DNA of 64,000 bases from Camelus dromedarius (GCF_036321535.1 NC_087447.1:39558001-39622000); one strand, 5' to 3'; positions 14,993 through 28,662 are shown, counted from the first letter of the stretch. Made by a program: numbers and translations. Notes: a model not told the origin generated them from the sequence alone.

Positions 14993-15529
14993 TGTTCGGG
15001 TCCAGGGTAGGCTGTCCCAAAATGTGCCTCAATGGGATATTGGCTATTTTGAATTAAAGTTCTTTAAGAAACAGCCAATGGAAGAGAGACACTCTGACCC
15101 TCCCCTCTGTCTCCCTGAAAGTAGGGAATAAACCCCTCATGTGGCAGGTACACGCTCTGCATCCGGAGGCAGGACACCCTTATCACCAGACAGGGAATTT
15201 GAAGCTAAGAAACCTATTAAACAAACGTTTTTACTTTTACAATTTACACCTCCAAAACCAAACTCTGTGTAGATTCTTCACTAATTAAGTACCCAAAGCA
15301 CAAGTTTCTTTGTCTTGTCAATTCATCACAAATCTATTGTTTCTTTGTCTAAAAAGCCGTAAAAGCTGCCTGCTCTGGCCACTTTTTAGGTCCCATTTCT
15401 ATGTGACCTCCGTTGCTATGAATTAAAAATTGGTTTCTTTTTCTTCCGTTATTCTGTCTTGTGTCAATTTCATTATTAGTCCAGCCAAAAAGAACACAAG
15501 GGTAGAGGGGGAAATTTCCCCCTCCCTAG
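14993..15529 (+). mobile_element. Solo ERV1 LTR, MER34-like
   Basis: Begins TG..gggtccag...cccaaaatgtgcc...tattttgaattaaag...aagaaacagc and ends gggtagagggggaaatttccccctcccta. About 540 bp with no internal ERV sequence beside it. Confidence 0.75.
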
Positions 15530-15567
15530 CTAGTCCTGGGCCATGTCCTAAAGTGAAAAACAAAAAA

Positions 15568-15632
15568 CGAAAAAGCCTTGCAGTTGTGGCTGGAGAGGGC
15601 GAAAAAGCCTTGCAGTTGTGGCTGGAGAGGGC
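15568..15632. repeat. Perfect 32-bp tandem duplication
   Basis: cgaaaaagccttgcagttgtggctggagaggg at 15568-15599 and 15600-15631, identical. Confidence 0.95.
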
Positions 15633-15874
15633 AAGTCCAGGCACACGGGCCCTTTGAAAGAATCTTTGCCCATTTTACCCTAGAAGAGAAACTCTACGTA
15701 TGAACTGGGTTCAGAGACCAGCTCTTTCCACTATCACCCAATGCATAAATCCTTTCTATAGCATCCTGACCTGCACTGCCTTCTGGCTAAATACCTTCAG
15801 ATACAGGAAAATCACTAATAAAATACTTAACACATGTAGGACAGACCTAATTGTTAGAGAGTTCTTTTTCCTTT

Positions 15875-16300
15875 TGTATGAGTGTCCCATTGCTGCTTTG
15901 ACAAACTACCACAAATGTAGTGGCTTAAAACAACACCAATTTATGACCTTTTACTTCTGTGGGCCAGACACCCGACACGGGTCTCACCGGGCTAAGATCA
16001 AGGTATCATCAGAGCTGCATCCCTTTCTGGAGGCTCTGGGGAGGGATCTGATTCTTTGTCTCTTCCTGCTTCCACATTGCTTGTCTCTTAGCCCCTTCCC
16101 CCATTTTCAAATCCAGCAACACCAGGTGAGTCCTCACACTGCCAGCTGTCATCTCTCTGGACGTCTTCTTTCATCTCCCTTGGCCACTTGTAAGGAACCC
16201 TGTGACTACCCTGGGCCTACTCACTTAACCAACCTCCACTCCCCCTCTCCACATCCTACAACACCTTCTCTAACACCATGATAAGGATTCTGCCACCACA
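15875..16300 (-). mobile_element. MLT1 (ERVL-MaLR) solo LTR
   Basis: tgtatgag...ttgctgct..acaaactaccacaaatgtagtggcttaaaacaacac...gggctaagatcaaggt...tctggaggctct...attctgccaccaca. Confidence 0.85.
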
Positions 16301-19111
16301 GCAGTTAAGTTGCAATCAGCTTCCTGGTGGCTTCCGCCTAGAGTTCTGCCTCCGGGCGTCACACAGACCTGAGAACTCTGCCGGGAGACAACCCTGAAGC
16401 TACCCCTCACTTCCCCCTTCATCTCACCTTTCCATGCCCTCTTCTCACCCACAGAGAGCTCCAGCTCCTCTCTGCTACCTACATTCCAAGTTCCACGTTT
16501 ACTTTGATTAAACTCCATCCTGACGTCAGACCTCCCTTCCTTCTAGTCCAGAGACTTGAGAACTCTCACTCTTCATTGGCTGTCACTGCATCTAAGACAC
16601 CTGACAGACAGCGTGAACAGTGGTCACTCCTTTCAGTCTCACTTTCCTCGTCTTAAACCTCAGAGAAGGACCCACTTCCAGAGGCCACCGTGGTGATGAG
16701 GAGAGAGCGCACATGAGACTCACCCGTGCACTGAAACGTGCCGCGTGAACAATGGCCATTAGTAACACTGACGACCACTCCATCAACCCGGGGACTTCAG
16801 CACAGACCAGGAGGGATGAAGACTGAGCTCCAGTCACATCTACAGACATGTGTGTGACCCGAAGCAGACGGTGGTTTATCATCAGCAAACAAGACAGAAG
16901 CTGTGCCCCCAGAGCCAGCCCGCGTCCCAGCCCACACTCATCAGGTACACAGCACAGACGCCGCAATGGCTTTTTCCAAACAGAAAAATCAGTACTTTTT
17001 CCGATCTGTGAGTTTATAACAAGCCTTAGGTTTGGGGCATAACTGCTCAAACAGGTACAAAATTACCAAGTTTCTCACAAAGATAGGATTAGAAATGTTA
17101 TAAAATTCTATCTGGAAACAAAAAAGGCAATCATTAACAAATGTGTGGGGGATGAATGAAAGACCTGGGCCTCTATTTGTGGGCAAGTCCTGGAAAACAG
17201 TGGAAGGTGGAAGTGGAAGCAGGTTACAATGCCAGGCAGACGGCTGACTGTGTCAGGCAGCAAGGAAACAAAAAAGCGAAGCATCAGACTTCCCCTAGTT
17301 CTTCCCTAAATAATCCTCCTCTTACTTTACTCCTGCAGCTGAAACATGTGAGTCACCAGACAAGACTTCGGCTGGGTTTCCCCTCTATTACTGCTCATTC
17401 AGTAAGCCCACTTGTTCATGGATGTGTTCCACTGTTTAATTTCATGTTTCTCAAATTTAAAAAAAATTAGAAACAATTTTCTTGAAAGAATGATTCCTCC
17501 CATTTTATGGGTGAGGAAAAGTGAGGCATGGCCCAGTTATGTAGAACCCAGAGCCCCCTGAGGGGAGGGAGAAGGGCCAGGGGATCAACTCTGCAAAAGG
17601 TTGGGCCTCGGGAAACCTGGCTCCAGTGGCCGGAGGAAAGGGACATGAGCCTTAGGGCTGCCAAGTGCAGAACAGAGGTGCAGCTCAGGCAGAAGCAGCA
17701 TCTGGCTGAAGACAACTACTCTGTCACTGGCTTCAGAGGGAAAAGGTCTGCTGCAAGAAAGAGGGAGCAGATCACCCCAAAGGCAGGGGGTGGCCAGGAC
17801 ACTGGGTCAGGAAAGGAGCCTGCTGCAGACACTCCCTTCCCACCCACCTCTCCCTTCCACCCAGAGGGCTAGGAAGGGCTGGGCAGGAATTACTTGGTTG
17901 CAGAAATGAAAACATCAAGAGGACTGTCCCTGACAAGAGACAGTATAATAGGCACTGATGGATGCAAGGAGATGCTGGCATTTTCAAACCACCACTTTGA
18001 ACCTCTCCTCTTCATCCTCTCTGAGCAATGATCAAAGGACCAAGATTTCAAATTGTGAAGCAATTTTTTCCAATGGCAGCATCTGGCTCCTTGGCAGGAG
18101 GCACTGGGAGCTGGGCCCTGTTGTGGGCGGCTGTCCAGGCCTGCCACATGGTGAGGCTCGGCCAGGCAGGGCACCACGCGGGCCTCGCAGCTGCTCCCGC
18201 AGGCGCCAAAGGACAATCGCTCTGCCCTGGGCCGGGAGCCGTCAGGCAGAAGTGTCCCGTGAGGCAGCCCGTGCTGGGGGTCTGGAGGATGCTGGCAGCT
18301 CCCAACCTCTCCCGCTTGACTTTTCTGCCTGCGTCTGTTCCCTGGCTGCCACTCCTGAAGCCACCCCCACTGGGACTAGGGGACAACCCCCTAGCAAGGA
18401 GACCTGCATCTGGAGAGAGCAAGAAAGCTGCCCAGAGGGAAGGGAGCCTTGGAGTGTGTTCGCTTCAGCCGTTGTGCCTCTGCCCAGCACAACCGGACAG
18501 CAGCTGTGGCTCTCCGGCCACAGCTGTTTTAAATAAGAATAGGAATAAACAGCCCCTACTCTTCAAGTTACTTCCCAGTAATTACGGCATATATTTACAT
18601 CGACAAAATAGAAGATTAAAAAAAAAACACCACCAAGAGCCCCTTTATAGTGCAGATCAGCACCCCTATTTGAATTTCATCAACATTTAGTACTTCAAAG
18701 AATCTTAAAAGCTTGCTCTAATTACAATATGCACCGCTTGAAAGGCTGGCTGTTTGCATTGCAAATTCCTACAAATACCAGCATTCGTTTAAAAAAGAAA
18801 TTCAACTAATATCACCCACACAACTTCAGGTGACTGCCCCTGGTGACTTCACACAGTAGCTGGCGTGAAAGAGCCAGGGCCTCGGCTCCCGGTCCAGAGC
18901 AGCTGCACAGGCCAGCTCTCTCCAGTGGGGGCAGGTACTGAGGGCCAGGCGCCCGGCGGAGCTGGCCCTTCACCCCGCAGTCATCTGGGTGCGAACACTG
19001 GCCGGGGACCACCCTTTCCAGGACAGAAAGCAGGGCCTTCTTCTTGTCTGGAAGTTTTGTGCACGAAAAGTCTTATGTAGAGCAAGAAGAAATCAGGCAG
19101 CTAGCAAGCAG

Positions 19112-19301
19112 AGGGTTGCCAAATAAAACACAGGCTGCCCAGTTAAATCTGATGTTTAGATAAACATGCTTTTTCAGTATCTGTACAATCCAAAGATGGC
19201 ATGGGACAGACAGACATACACTAGAAAAGTCTATGCTGTTTACCTGAAATTCAAGTTTAACTTGGTAGCTTGTATTTTCATTTGTTAAATCTGGCAACCC
19301 T
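19112..19301. mobile_element. MER53 palindromic hAT-type MITE
   Basis: Terminal inverted repeats AGGGTTGCCA / TGGCAACCCT and internal inverted arms (cagttaaatctga...tttagataaaca versus tgtttacctgaaattcaagtttaactt); 190 bp. Confidence 0.88.
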
Positions 19302-20399
19302 TCTCACAACTCACCTTTACCAATGAGAATAACAAAAATTGGGAGTTACCCTCGAATTTTCATTGCTGTAAGGAGACATCTGATGCTCAAGATACTTTTG
19401 ACTGGGGATAGAAATGAAGCTGCTGAAGAACACGTGGAGCATAATACTTTTTTTTTTTTTTTTTTTAGTAAAAACAAACGGTGGGTGTACAATGTTTGTA
19501 GATGCAAATAAAAAGTCGGGAGGATACTGGCTGGTGGGGCCAAATGACCCAGGACACTTTTTCTTCTATAGTTTTTGGAATTGCTTGGAATACTTAATAA
19601 GCTTCTCTTGCTTTTGTAATGTAAAGAGCAAATTAGAATGGGGGTGGATGGGTAGGGTGTACCTTGGGTCTCCACCTGCTCAGGGAGGGGAAACTTCACA
19701 CATCACCAAGGGTCGAGGTCCAGTTTCAGACAACTGACCAAGATCTTTGAGGGGTTTATGATTATGTCCAGATAATCCACTTATTCCTTGCAAAACTGGC
19801 TCTGGAAATAAGCAGCCACATCCTGGTTGTGTGACTTCAATTCTTTCCTTCTCAGGCTTTTCTTGAGGTGATGGTTATGGAGGGAAGCTAACTGTGCCTC
19901 CACCAACACAGTGAGGTGGGTGAGGGAGGTGCCGAGGCACATGTGTCTGCTTCCCCTGGACTTCAGGTGACCGGCAGCTCTCGGGGGCACAGTGGCTTAG
20001 CATCTCAGCCTGTAACCACGGCAGGGAGCAGAGTTAAACAGCCCCAAGCAGGCAAGAATGGACCCCTGGCCTTGGCTTTGTTAGCAACCACTGAGCCAAA
20101 TGACCCAGGACAGAAAGCATTAGAGGAACAGCTGTCAGATGGATTCTCCCACAAGGTTAAGGGGACTCCCAATTTAGATTCTGCCTTGACTCTGTCCTGA
20201 AGAGTTCATGGTTAAAAAAAAAAAAAGGATCTGTGGTGAGACTGAGGCTAAGGGATTGGGGGGAAAGAGTGAGCTTCTGTTCCCATGTTCCAGGCTGTAC
20301 TGTTCTGCCTTATGTGTTCAGGGGAATCAGAAAGACTCTTAAACAAAGTGATTGCCTAGTGCTTGCTGCGGAGATCAACATTCCCACCCTCCAGGTTCT

Positions 20400-20745
20400 G
20401 TACGGCCCAGCGGCCCCGGGACCCTCTGCCACCTCCCCGTAGGATTCCTGTTCTCTCCACAAGCTTCCACCTCCCCTGAAAACTCCATCCCACTCCCCTC
20501 CCACTGATTAAATTCTTCCAAGATTCAGCTCAAATGTCATGTCTTTGTGAGGCCTTCCAGAATGTTCTCAGGCAAAAAGGGTTCCTCCTTCTGCTTCTGT
20601 GCATCCACATTTCCATTATGGCCCCTCCCCATGGTGCTGTCATCTATCTGCTTCTGTGTCTGCTATCCCACACCAGAACCCAAGGTCTGTTTCCCCAGCT
20701 CTCCAAGTGCAAAGTAGGGCTCAGTGAACGTTTGGTTGAATGGCT
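20400..20745 (+). mobile_element. L2 3' end remnant
   Basis: ttccaagattcagctcaaatgtca...gaggccttcc...gtagggctcagtgaacgtttggttgaatg. Confidence 0.6.
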
Positions 20746-23700
20746 CACTAGTGATGTGTCTATTTATCACTAATACAAATGACTAAACTGTTTCTACAAG
20801 AACCTAAGACTCCAGAGAGCCTGGAAAAGCTTCTGCGTGAATCTCCTGAGGTCCCCCCAACCCTTTTCAGTAAATTTCTTGAGAAAGATTGTTCAACAAA
20901 CTGTCAGATGCTATGATATCAGAGCCGGCCAAGTGGCAGTTACAGGACCCCATGTACGGTGATTTCTCTAGGTGTACTGAATGAAATAAAAGTAACTTTT
21001 CAGCCAGTGAACTTTTAAAAATGTTGAAAATCTGCTGTATACGTTGCACTGTGGGGCAAACAAGTGCTTCAGAGTGGGTCCCTGCTCCCTGGGGGGAGGC
21101 TTACAAAGGAGTTCAGGACACTGAAGCTGGGAAAACAGGAAGGCGCAGTAACATTCAGCAGTCAATGCAGAAAGTGCTAACAAGCTCCAGGTATTTTTCT
21201 CATGAAATCCAATCAAAATGGGTGGATGTGCAAGGTTACTGACCTCCTCATCCCTCTGCATGAAATCAGAATCTGCTGTCAAGAGATGATTTTTCAAAAA
21301 ACAGACCCCCATGAAGATCATCATATAGTCAGTCAGTCCACCAAGGACAATTTACCCTGTGTTAGCCCACAAGCACCTCTGCATTTGGCAGTATTTCCTG
21401 CTCACCTTCCTTCCACCTAATCGTTCCATCACTCCCTATTGTTCATGTAATTTCAGAACTAAACAGTGTTGTGAGATGAGACAGAAGTGGAGAGAAATGG
21501 AAACGCTGTTGAACTGAAAGGCCCCTTCCTCACTGATAGCAGTTTAAAACATGTGGGGAGCAAATTATTCCATTTTGCTAACGTCCTTTTCCATGAATAG
21601 CAACAGGGACATTTGGTTCCAAATGACAGACTCAAGTCTACAATTCCAGCCTAAATCACGCAGACTCCGATTAGAAACAGGCTGAAACGTCGAGGGGGTC
21701 CCTTCGGCCAGTTTACATGTGCACCCGGTTTCTTCTCCTTAAATGAAGCCCAGTTGTTTTATTTATAGTGCCTGTCATTTTGTCCAACAAACGTAATTTC
21801 GTTCCTACCAAGATAAAAGCATCTTCTAAAGGCTGCCCTCTTTCCAGATAACTCGCATTCCATTTCTGTTTTATAAAATCTTCTCACATCTGCTCTGGTT
21901 AGTAAAACTAGCCTTGCTTTTTTCTTCCCCTAGAAAAATAGGTTAAGAAGGTAAGTTGAATGACTATGAATAGACTGTTAATTGTTTACAATGGATGATT
22001 GTTAAGTCTGAGAACTTCTAAAAGCAAAGCATAAAGAGCCATAGGGTAACATGCTGTATATCCTGGTTTCTAAGATACCACTAATTTAGTAATTATGTGA
22101 GAGAAAAAAGAAATATTATATTAAACATATATTAAGAATTTGCTCCTCAACAACAGGATACATATCCATACAATTGTATTTCCATATTACTTTCTTCTTT
22201 ATTATTCCAATCATAGTTTGAGAGTAAGCCTTCATCATACTACTGATTCTTCTGAAGAGTTTTTGGCTAGATGGTTTATAAGCAACATGTTAGTAACATG
22301 TGGCTTTCTTTGAACCAATGTCCCCTAGCTTGACACTCTTGAGCATTGTTAGAACAGAGAGTAGAATTTTGAGATCTCTCCAAAAATATGAGTTTCACTG
22401 CATTTCTTACTTGGTTAAATCCATCATCTTGTTTATCCCCTTAAGTAAACTACATGTGGCTGGAAATGAACTGCTTTTGAAAGTGAGCTACAAGCTATAC
22501 TTGGGTTTCTGTCTTTCAGGAGGCATGACTGAGTCACACTCACCTCTTCTAGCTTTGGGAATTCTATCATCAATTTCAAGACAGCTGACATTTTATCTCA
22601 AATTGGCTGCACTGTCTGCTGTATCACCAGCGACCCATCTGCAGGGATCTCAATGCCGCAACAAGCACAGCTCTGTCCACTTGTGGGTGGACATCTTCCT
22701 TTCTTAGAGCCCACACAGCATCTGATCGTGGTTTTATATGGAAAAAAAGAAGTATGGTTTCCTGCCAGTGCACAATGTTGGCCGCATTTACCACAAATCT
22801 GGTTCTACACTCCTCCTCAATCATAATAACAATTCCACTGCTGCATCAAAGTATAATTTTTCCGAGACATTTTAATTAGGGATTCAAATTTAAGCTGCTA
22901 AGTATAGTGGCAGTATACACTACTAGTGCAAATACCTCAACTAAGGCGACAAGGGGGTGGTGAGATGCCTTCTGCACTGCCCAGGGTCACAAAGGGCAGG
23001 CAGTCACAACCACATCATGACCTGCCCCTGGGCAGGGGACGGCAAGGCGTGTATGATGTCAAATGTAAGAAGCATCTCACTTCCGGAACTGTTCAGATTG
23101 GAGCAAGTATATGTCTCAGACTCGAGGGAATACACTACGTTTAACCTCACTAATAGTTGTTTCTATAGAGAATAAAGAAGGGTTAAGGACTTGGCGCGCA
23201 AAGAAAACATAACTGCAGATATAAAGGAATTAAAAAACCAAAGTGACAATAGAAAGCTGTTTTGCTTTAAATTATGCCACAGAAGGCTGATGGAGATGCC
23301 TGGGATACTGACTAACTGCCTGACAACTTCAGAAAGCAACTTGGATGTTTACACGCACATAGAAACTCACATACATCTACACACACACACACACATTAAA
23401 AGCCATACTATCAATATCTAATAAGAATGATTAAATTATGATATACCCAGTAAACAGGATGTTATGTAGTCATTAAAAATGATAATTAGGGAGTCAGTGA
23501 CATCTAGCTACAGGGTTGAGTCTTGGACACAGAAGCAGGCACCGGATTTAATGCATTCCTTGGTTGAAACTCCATCAACATGTACTGCATTAGGTTATAT
23601 CCACAGTACATTTAGGAATGAATTAAAAATTACATATTTCCAAAGCTGTCTAGAAGATTATGATGTTGCCTTTGCAAACATGTGAAAACTATGGTGCTGT

Positions 23701-24614
23701 TCCCCACACCTGCAGCTAACAGGGCTGTACTCCTCTCTCTGGTAAGACTCAGGATCCAATCTGAAATTCCTGGTAACAGCAGTCAACTCACCTTGTTGCC
23801 CAGGTAAATGGACACCAGAGCATCCCATAGTGACAGGCCTTCACAAAGAAAGTATGCTGCTTCACTGCAGTTACCACTGGCTTCCATGCGTAGAGGTGGT
23901 GGAAAGCATGCGGATCCCAGTGTCCAGCAGATCTGGCATCCGTTAGCTGTGTGACTTTGCAGAAATCACTCTGCCTCCCCATGACTTGGTTTCTTTGTGT
24001 GTAAAGGGGGAACAATCACATGCACCTCACCAGATTAAATAACACTTACGTGCTTTTATACCTGGCCCAGGGCCTGGCCCAAAGGAGGAACTCATTAATG
24101 GTACTGCTGCAAAAGAGGGGGCCCTCCCCTCCTGGCCCAGCAAATTCACTTTCCTTCCTTTGTAATGAGATGTGGCGTAGAATTATAACGCACAGGAGTG
24201 AATTACAAGCAGGCAAGAAGGAAGAGAAAGGAAATAAATGGGAGACTGTCACGAGAGGGGAAAGTCAAAGAATAAAAATTAAAAAGGCAAAACGCAGAGA
24301 AAGTTGCTTAACACTTAGTAAAAAGAATCCTACTACTCTCTTGGCTCAAAAATTGTTGAAACTGCTGACTGTTCCCTACAGCTGACACAAAAGAACCCTG
24401 ATTCCTGTCTTTCCTCAAACTTCCACCCACCTGTGTTTCCCATACAAGTGGAGACCCAGCTGCAAAGCACCTTGATGCACCTGAACACACCTGAACCAGC
24501 CTCACGTCCCTTCTCTCGGGGCTTCCCTCACCAGTCCCCTCACCTTCGGTGCTTATTGCCATCTCTCCCTGTCCTAATACTTGGACACATAATGGCCAAA
24601 GGAGGAGGTGACTC

Positions 24615-25243
24615 ATAACATCTCACTTGGTGGGATCGTAAGGTGGTACAACCACCTTAGAAAACAGTTTGGCAGTTTCTTACAAAGCTAAACAGACTTA
24701 CCATATGACCCAACAACTCCACTTCTGCATAGCTACCCAAGAAAAACAAAACCATATGTTCACACAAAAAACCTCATAGCAGCATTATTTATAAAAGCCT
24801 AAAATGAGAACAATCCACAAATCCTTCAACTAGTGCGTAGAAAAGTAAGATGCGGTCTTGCCTTACATGGGATACTTAGCAACAGAAAAGAGCTAACTAC
24901 CGGCTCAGGTTACCACACAGACACCCCTCAAAAACCCTGGAAGTGAAAGAAGCCAGATGCAAACAACCACACCTTGAATGATTCCATTTACATGAAATGT
25001 CCACAAAAGGCAAATCTGTGCTGGCAGAAAGTGGATTACTAGTTGCCTGGGGCTGGGAGTGGGAAGACTGAGTGACCGCAATTGGACACAGGGCATCTTT
25101 TTGGAATGATAAAAATATTCAAAACTTTAAGAGCAATGGCCACAAAACTCAGTAAATTTTTCTAAATATCATTGAAATGTACTCTGAAAATTAGTAAATT
25201 TTATGGTATGTAAATGATAGCTCAATAAGGATCTTGAAAAAAA
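24615..25243 (+). mobile_element. Old L1 3' end (L1MB/L1ME-like)
   Basis: ggtggga..gtaaggtggtacaaccacctt.gaaaacagtttggcagtttctta...ccatatgaccca...tgattccatttacatgaaatgtcc...tttatggtatgtaaat...tcaataa followed by a short A tract. Confidence 0.85.
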
Positions 25244-26455
25244 GCCTTACCAGATGCACAGCCATTCACAGGGGCCCTGGGTGTCCCACACCACTGAGGC
25301 AGGAGAGGTCATAAGGCTCACAGGGTGGAAGGGCACTCACAGCAGCACCTGGGCTCTGCCATCCACTTACGGATTAGACCGTGAGTCTGGGGGTGCCTGT
25401 CGGAGTCCTCCACCCTGAAGCCAGTGGAGTGACTGCTATGTGGCTCACCACTATCCCATTCACCTCAGTGTCAACTGGCAAAAAGCCGGGGGCCCACAGC
25501 CTGGGTGTAAGTGTAAGTACTTCAGGTGGACTCGGAACTTCTTCCACTGCAGACTCCTGAGCTGGTCCAGCCCAAATGAGCCCAGGTAGGACAGGGCAGA
25601 TGTTCTGAGAACAGAATTCCAGGAGCAATCCTAGGAGCAAATTAAGAGTCAGCCTGAGGTCGACAACCAAGAGACCTCAGGCACCTTGAGAAGGAGGAAA
25701 AGAGAGAAGAGAGGAGACAGGACAGGATCTCTGTTGAAATGTACTGAATTCACACGGAAATGGAAATCTGCACGGCCAACTGCTAATACAAAAGGTATTT
25801 CAAAGGGAAGGTTACGCCTACCAAAGAAACACCCACTGGAAACACCATCAGACATCCAAGGGGAGAGTCTAGGTGTAATTCATGCTTTCTGAGTCATTAG
25901 AGGAAGCCAATGAGACTTCAAGTTGCAGCAAATTGTAAACCTAATGCAAATGGCCTTTCCTCATTTATTGTAACATAGTTAGGACTGAATTTCTCTATAA
26001 AGGTTAAGTACTGCCAGCAATTACACTGAAGGAGTGATGTCTTCTATCATATTCATAGAAGAGTTCAATTTTAATTCCATAAATCTTAATCAAATAAACT
26101 AATATCTAATCTTGGAGTAACTGTTTCTAAATTTGCACATACTAGCCACCACACTCTAATATATGCAAATCAAGATCTCTTTATTTGGGGATTCAAGACA
26201 GAAGGGCCCATCACTGAAAGCATTTATTAAATTCATCCCTCGTGTAAAATGGAAAATTTCAGAAGCAAAAACAAAGACAACTTTAAACACTTTCCATTCT
26301 ACGTCATATTCAAACATGCTAATTATAAGAAATATTATTATCATTAAAAACCAACTTTAGAAGCACTGAAAATGATTTTTTTTTTAAATAGCCTTAAATT
26401 TCTGACCAATTTTACTTAATTTGGGTAGAACAGCCTCTTTTTATATCCTTCACAA

Positions 26456-27652
26456 CAGTGGCTCTCAAACCTTTTGATCTTGGGAACCCTTCCTACTCAT
26501 AAGATTTATTGAGGATCTCAAATAGCTTTTGTTTCTATAGGTTATAGCTATCTGTATTTTCTGTACTGGAAATTTAAACTGAGAAGATTTTAAAATATGT
26601 ATTACCTAATTTAAAAATACGTTAACATACATCTGTTTTTTAATTAGACACACCTATATTTTCAAAAACAAAACAAAAAAATTAGTGAGAAGGGCAGCAC
26701 TGCTTTACACTTAACAAATCTATTCACACGGCTGGCTCAGTGGAAAACACTTGGACTCTCATATCTGCTTCTGCATTCAATATGGCATGATACGTATTCT
26801 GGTTGAAGTGCACGAAGAAAATCTAGCCTCACAGAAATACACAACTGGAAAAGGGCAGGCTGTTTTCATAGGCTCTTCCAATAACTGTGGTCATTTTTCT
26901 TTGACACTACACCAAAGCTGGACAAGTGGTAGTTTCGTAAAGGTTAGCTGCAGTGTGGAACCTGAAGCCCTATCAATGAACTTTTCATACTTTGTTACAT
27001 TAGAATCTGTTGGTTTATCTTGCACAGTATTAAAACAAATCATATTTGTTAATATGACTGTGGATCTCACCAGAAAAATCTTTTAAGTACTGGGAAGCTG
27101 TCAAGTTTACCAAAGTGGATACAAGTCTTCTAAAATTCTTTTTTTTTCGCGGGGGGTGGTGGTAATTAGGTGTGTATGTATGTATGTATGTATGTATGTA
27201 TTTTAGTGGAGGTGCTGGAGATTGAACCCAAGACCTTGTGCTTGCTAGGCATGCACTCTACCACTAGGCTATATATCCTCCCCCCAAAATTCTTATTTTC
27301 ACTTGAAAGCTCAAATTTTATCTTTGGCAACAAATATTGTCACAGTTGTTTTCCTTATGGTGCAGGGAGACTCACTGCGTTCATTTTCAATGTGTACTCC
27401 AAGTTCAAGATGTAATACAACTCATAAAGGACATTCTTGGTGTGACTGATTCTTTTTTTAAAAAAACCTGTGCATACCAGCCTTCAGCAGTTTCACCCTA
27501 CGTCGTCGGAACCATCACTGTATACATCAGCAAAATGCAAAAGGTAAATAACATCTCAGTGTCATGATGAAAACAGTTTTGACCTTGTTGGCCCACAGAA
27601 AGGATACTGGGGAACCCCTAGGGGTCTACGGGCCGCACTTTGAAAACTGTTG
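26456..27652. mobile_element. Charlie1-family hAT DNA transposon, interrupted by a SINE
   Basis: Termini CAGTGGCTCTCAAA ... TTTGAAAACTGTTG. The left end (attgagga..caaa.agcttttgttt..ggttata.ctat) matches recalled Charlie1. Confidence 0.8.
27141..27285 (-). mobile_element. tRNA-derived SINE (vic-1-like) nested in Charlie1
   Basis: Minus: gggggaggatataTAGCCTAGTGGtagagtgcatgcctagc...GGTTCAATCTcc, then (ATAC)n and cctaattacc. Direct repeat aaaattctt on both flanks (27132-27140, 27286-27294). Confidence 0.85.
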
Positions 27653-28508
27653 TGTTACCGTGTAACAAATGACCCCCAACCACTGTTCAAATCACTAGGT
27701 GGCAGCCACCAATTTAGAAAAAGGAAGAGATTGTTACCACTCTTTCAGGCTGTCCACATGTATTACTGGTCCTGAGAACATTAACATAAGTAGAAGGCTA
27801 CTTCCACAATCCAAATTCGTTATGGAAGCTTAAAAAAATGAAATCTAGTTATCATGCAATGATCAGAAAAAAAAAAAAAACTAAACAAACTGAGTTTAAT
27901 ATGTAAATTTCCTCCCAAGGCATTTTAAACATGAATTTTTCCTTAGTTCATCCGTTTGCTGCCCCATTTGTTGAGCTTTCCTGGGTGAGGCACTTGCTTA
28001 GTTCTGGAGATAGGCAGAGTGACTGACAGACCCTATAGCAGGGTCCACAGGGCATGAAGCAGCCAGGAAACAGAATAGAGGCACTTTAGTCAAACAGATC
28101 TGATTTCAAGCCCCAGGGCCCCACCCTATGCCGCCTGTCCTCTGTGACGTCTGAGTCTCTGTTTTCTTAGTTGGATATGAGGCAAATTCCACTTAACACT
28201 GGGAGGACTGGATAAAATGCATGAGAATCACGATGCAGCTCCCAGCCCACAACAGGCATTCGATCAGTGGTCGCCACTATTATGAATAAGGTTCCTGGAA
28301 GTAGCCGAGTATAGAGAGGAGTGGGACACACGTCCAAATAATCATGACACAGCAGCATGGGAGCTGAGTAACTACAAAAGGCGATGGGACTAAAAGAAAA
28401 AAATCAATGGTCTGTTTAACTGAGGAAGGTGCTATAATAAAAGAGCCACCATCTCACAGAAAGGAGGACCTGACCTGGGGGGAGAGGAGGAGAAGAGGGG
28501 AGAAGTCA

Positions 28509-28650
28509 GGGTAGGGGGCACAGCTCAGTGGTAGCGAGCATGCTCAGCACGCACGAGGTCCTGGGTTCAATCCCCAGTACCTCCACTAACACGCACACAC
28601 ACAAAAAAGAAAATTTCTGTAAATTGCCTAAACAAGAATACAAATAAAGA
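28509..28650 (+). mobile_element. tRNA-derived SINE (vic-1-like), first of a tandem pair
   Basis: gggtagggggcaCAGCTCAGTGGtagcgagcatgctcagc...cctgGGTTCAATCCccagtacctcca plus CA/A-rich tail. Confidence 0.85.
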
Positions 28651-28662
28651 ATATTTTTAAAA

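Noticed and set aside
15568..15632. 32-bp direct repeats as a CRISPR-like array
   Set aside because: Only two adjacent copies, no spacer, no cas genes, and the DNA is mammalian.
15700..16281. 193-aa plus-strand ORF
   Set aside because: Runs through an MLT1 LTR; a chance reading frame in a repeat.
17958..18690. Overlapping long ORFs (192 and 220 aa on +, others on -)
   Set aside because: GC-rich intronic sequence open in several frames on both strands; low-complexity A/G/P/R composition and no recognisable domain.
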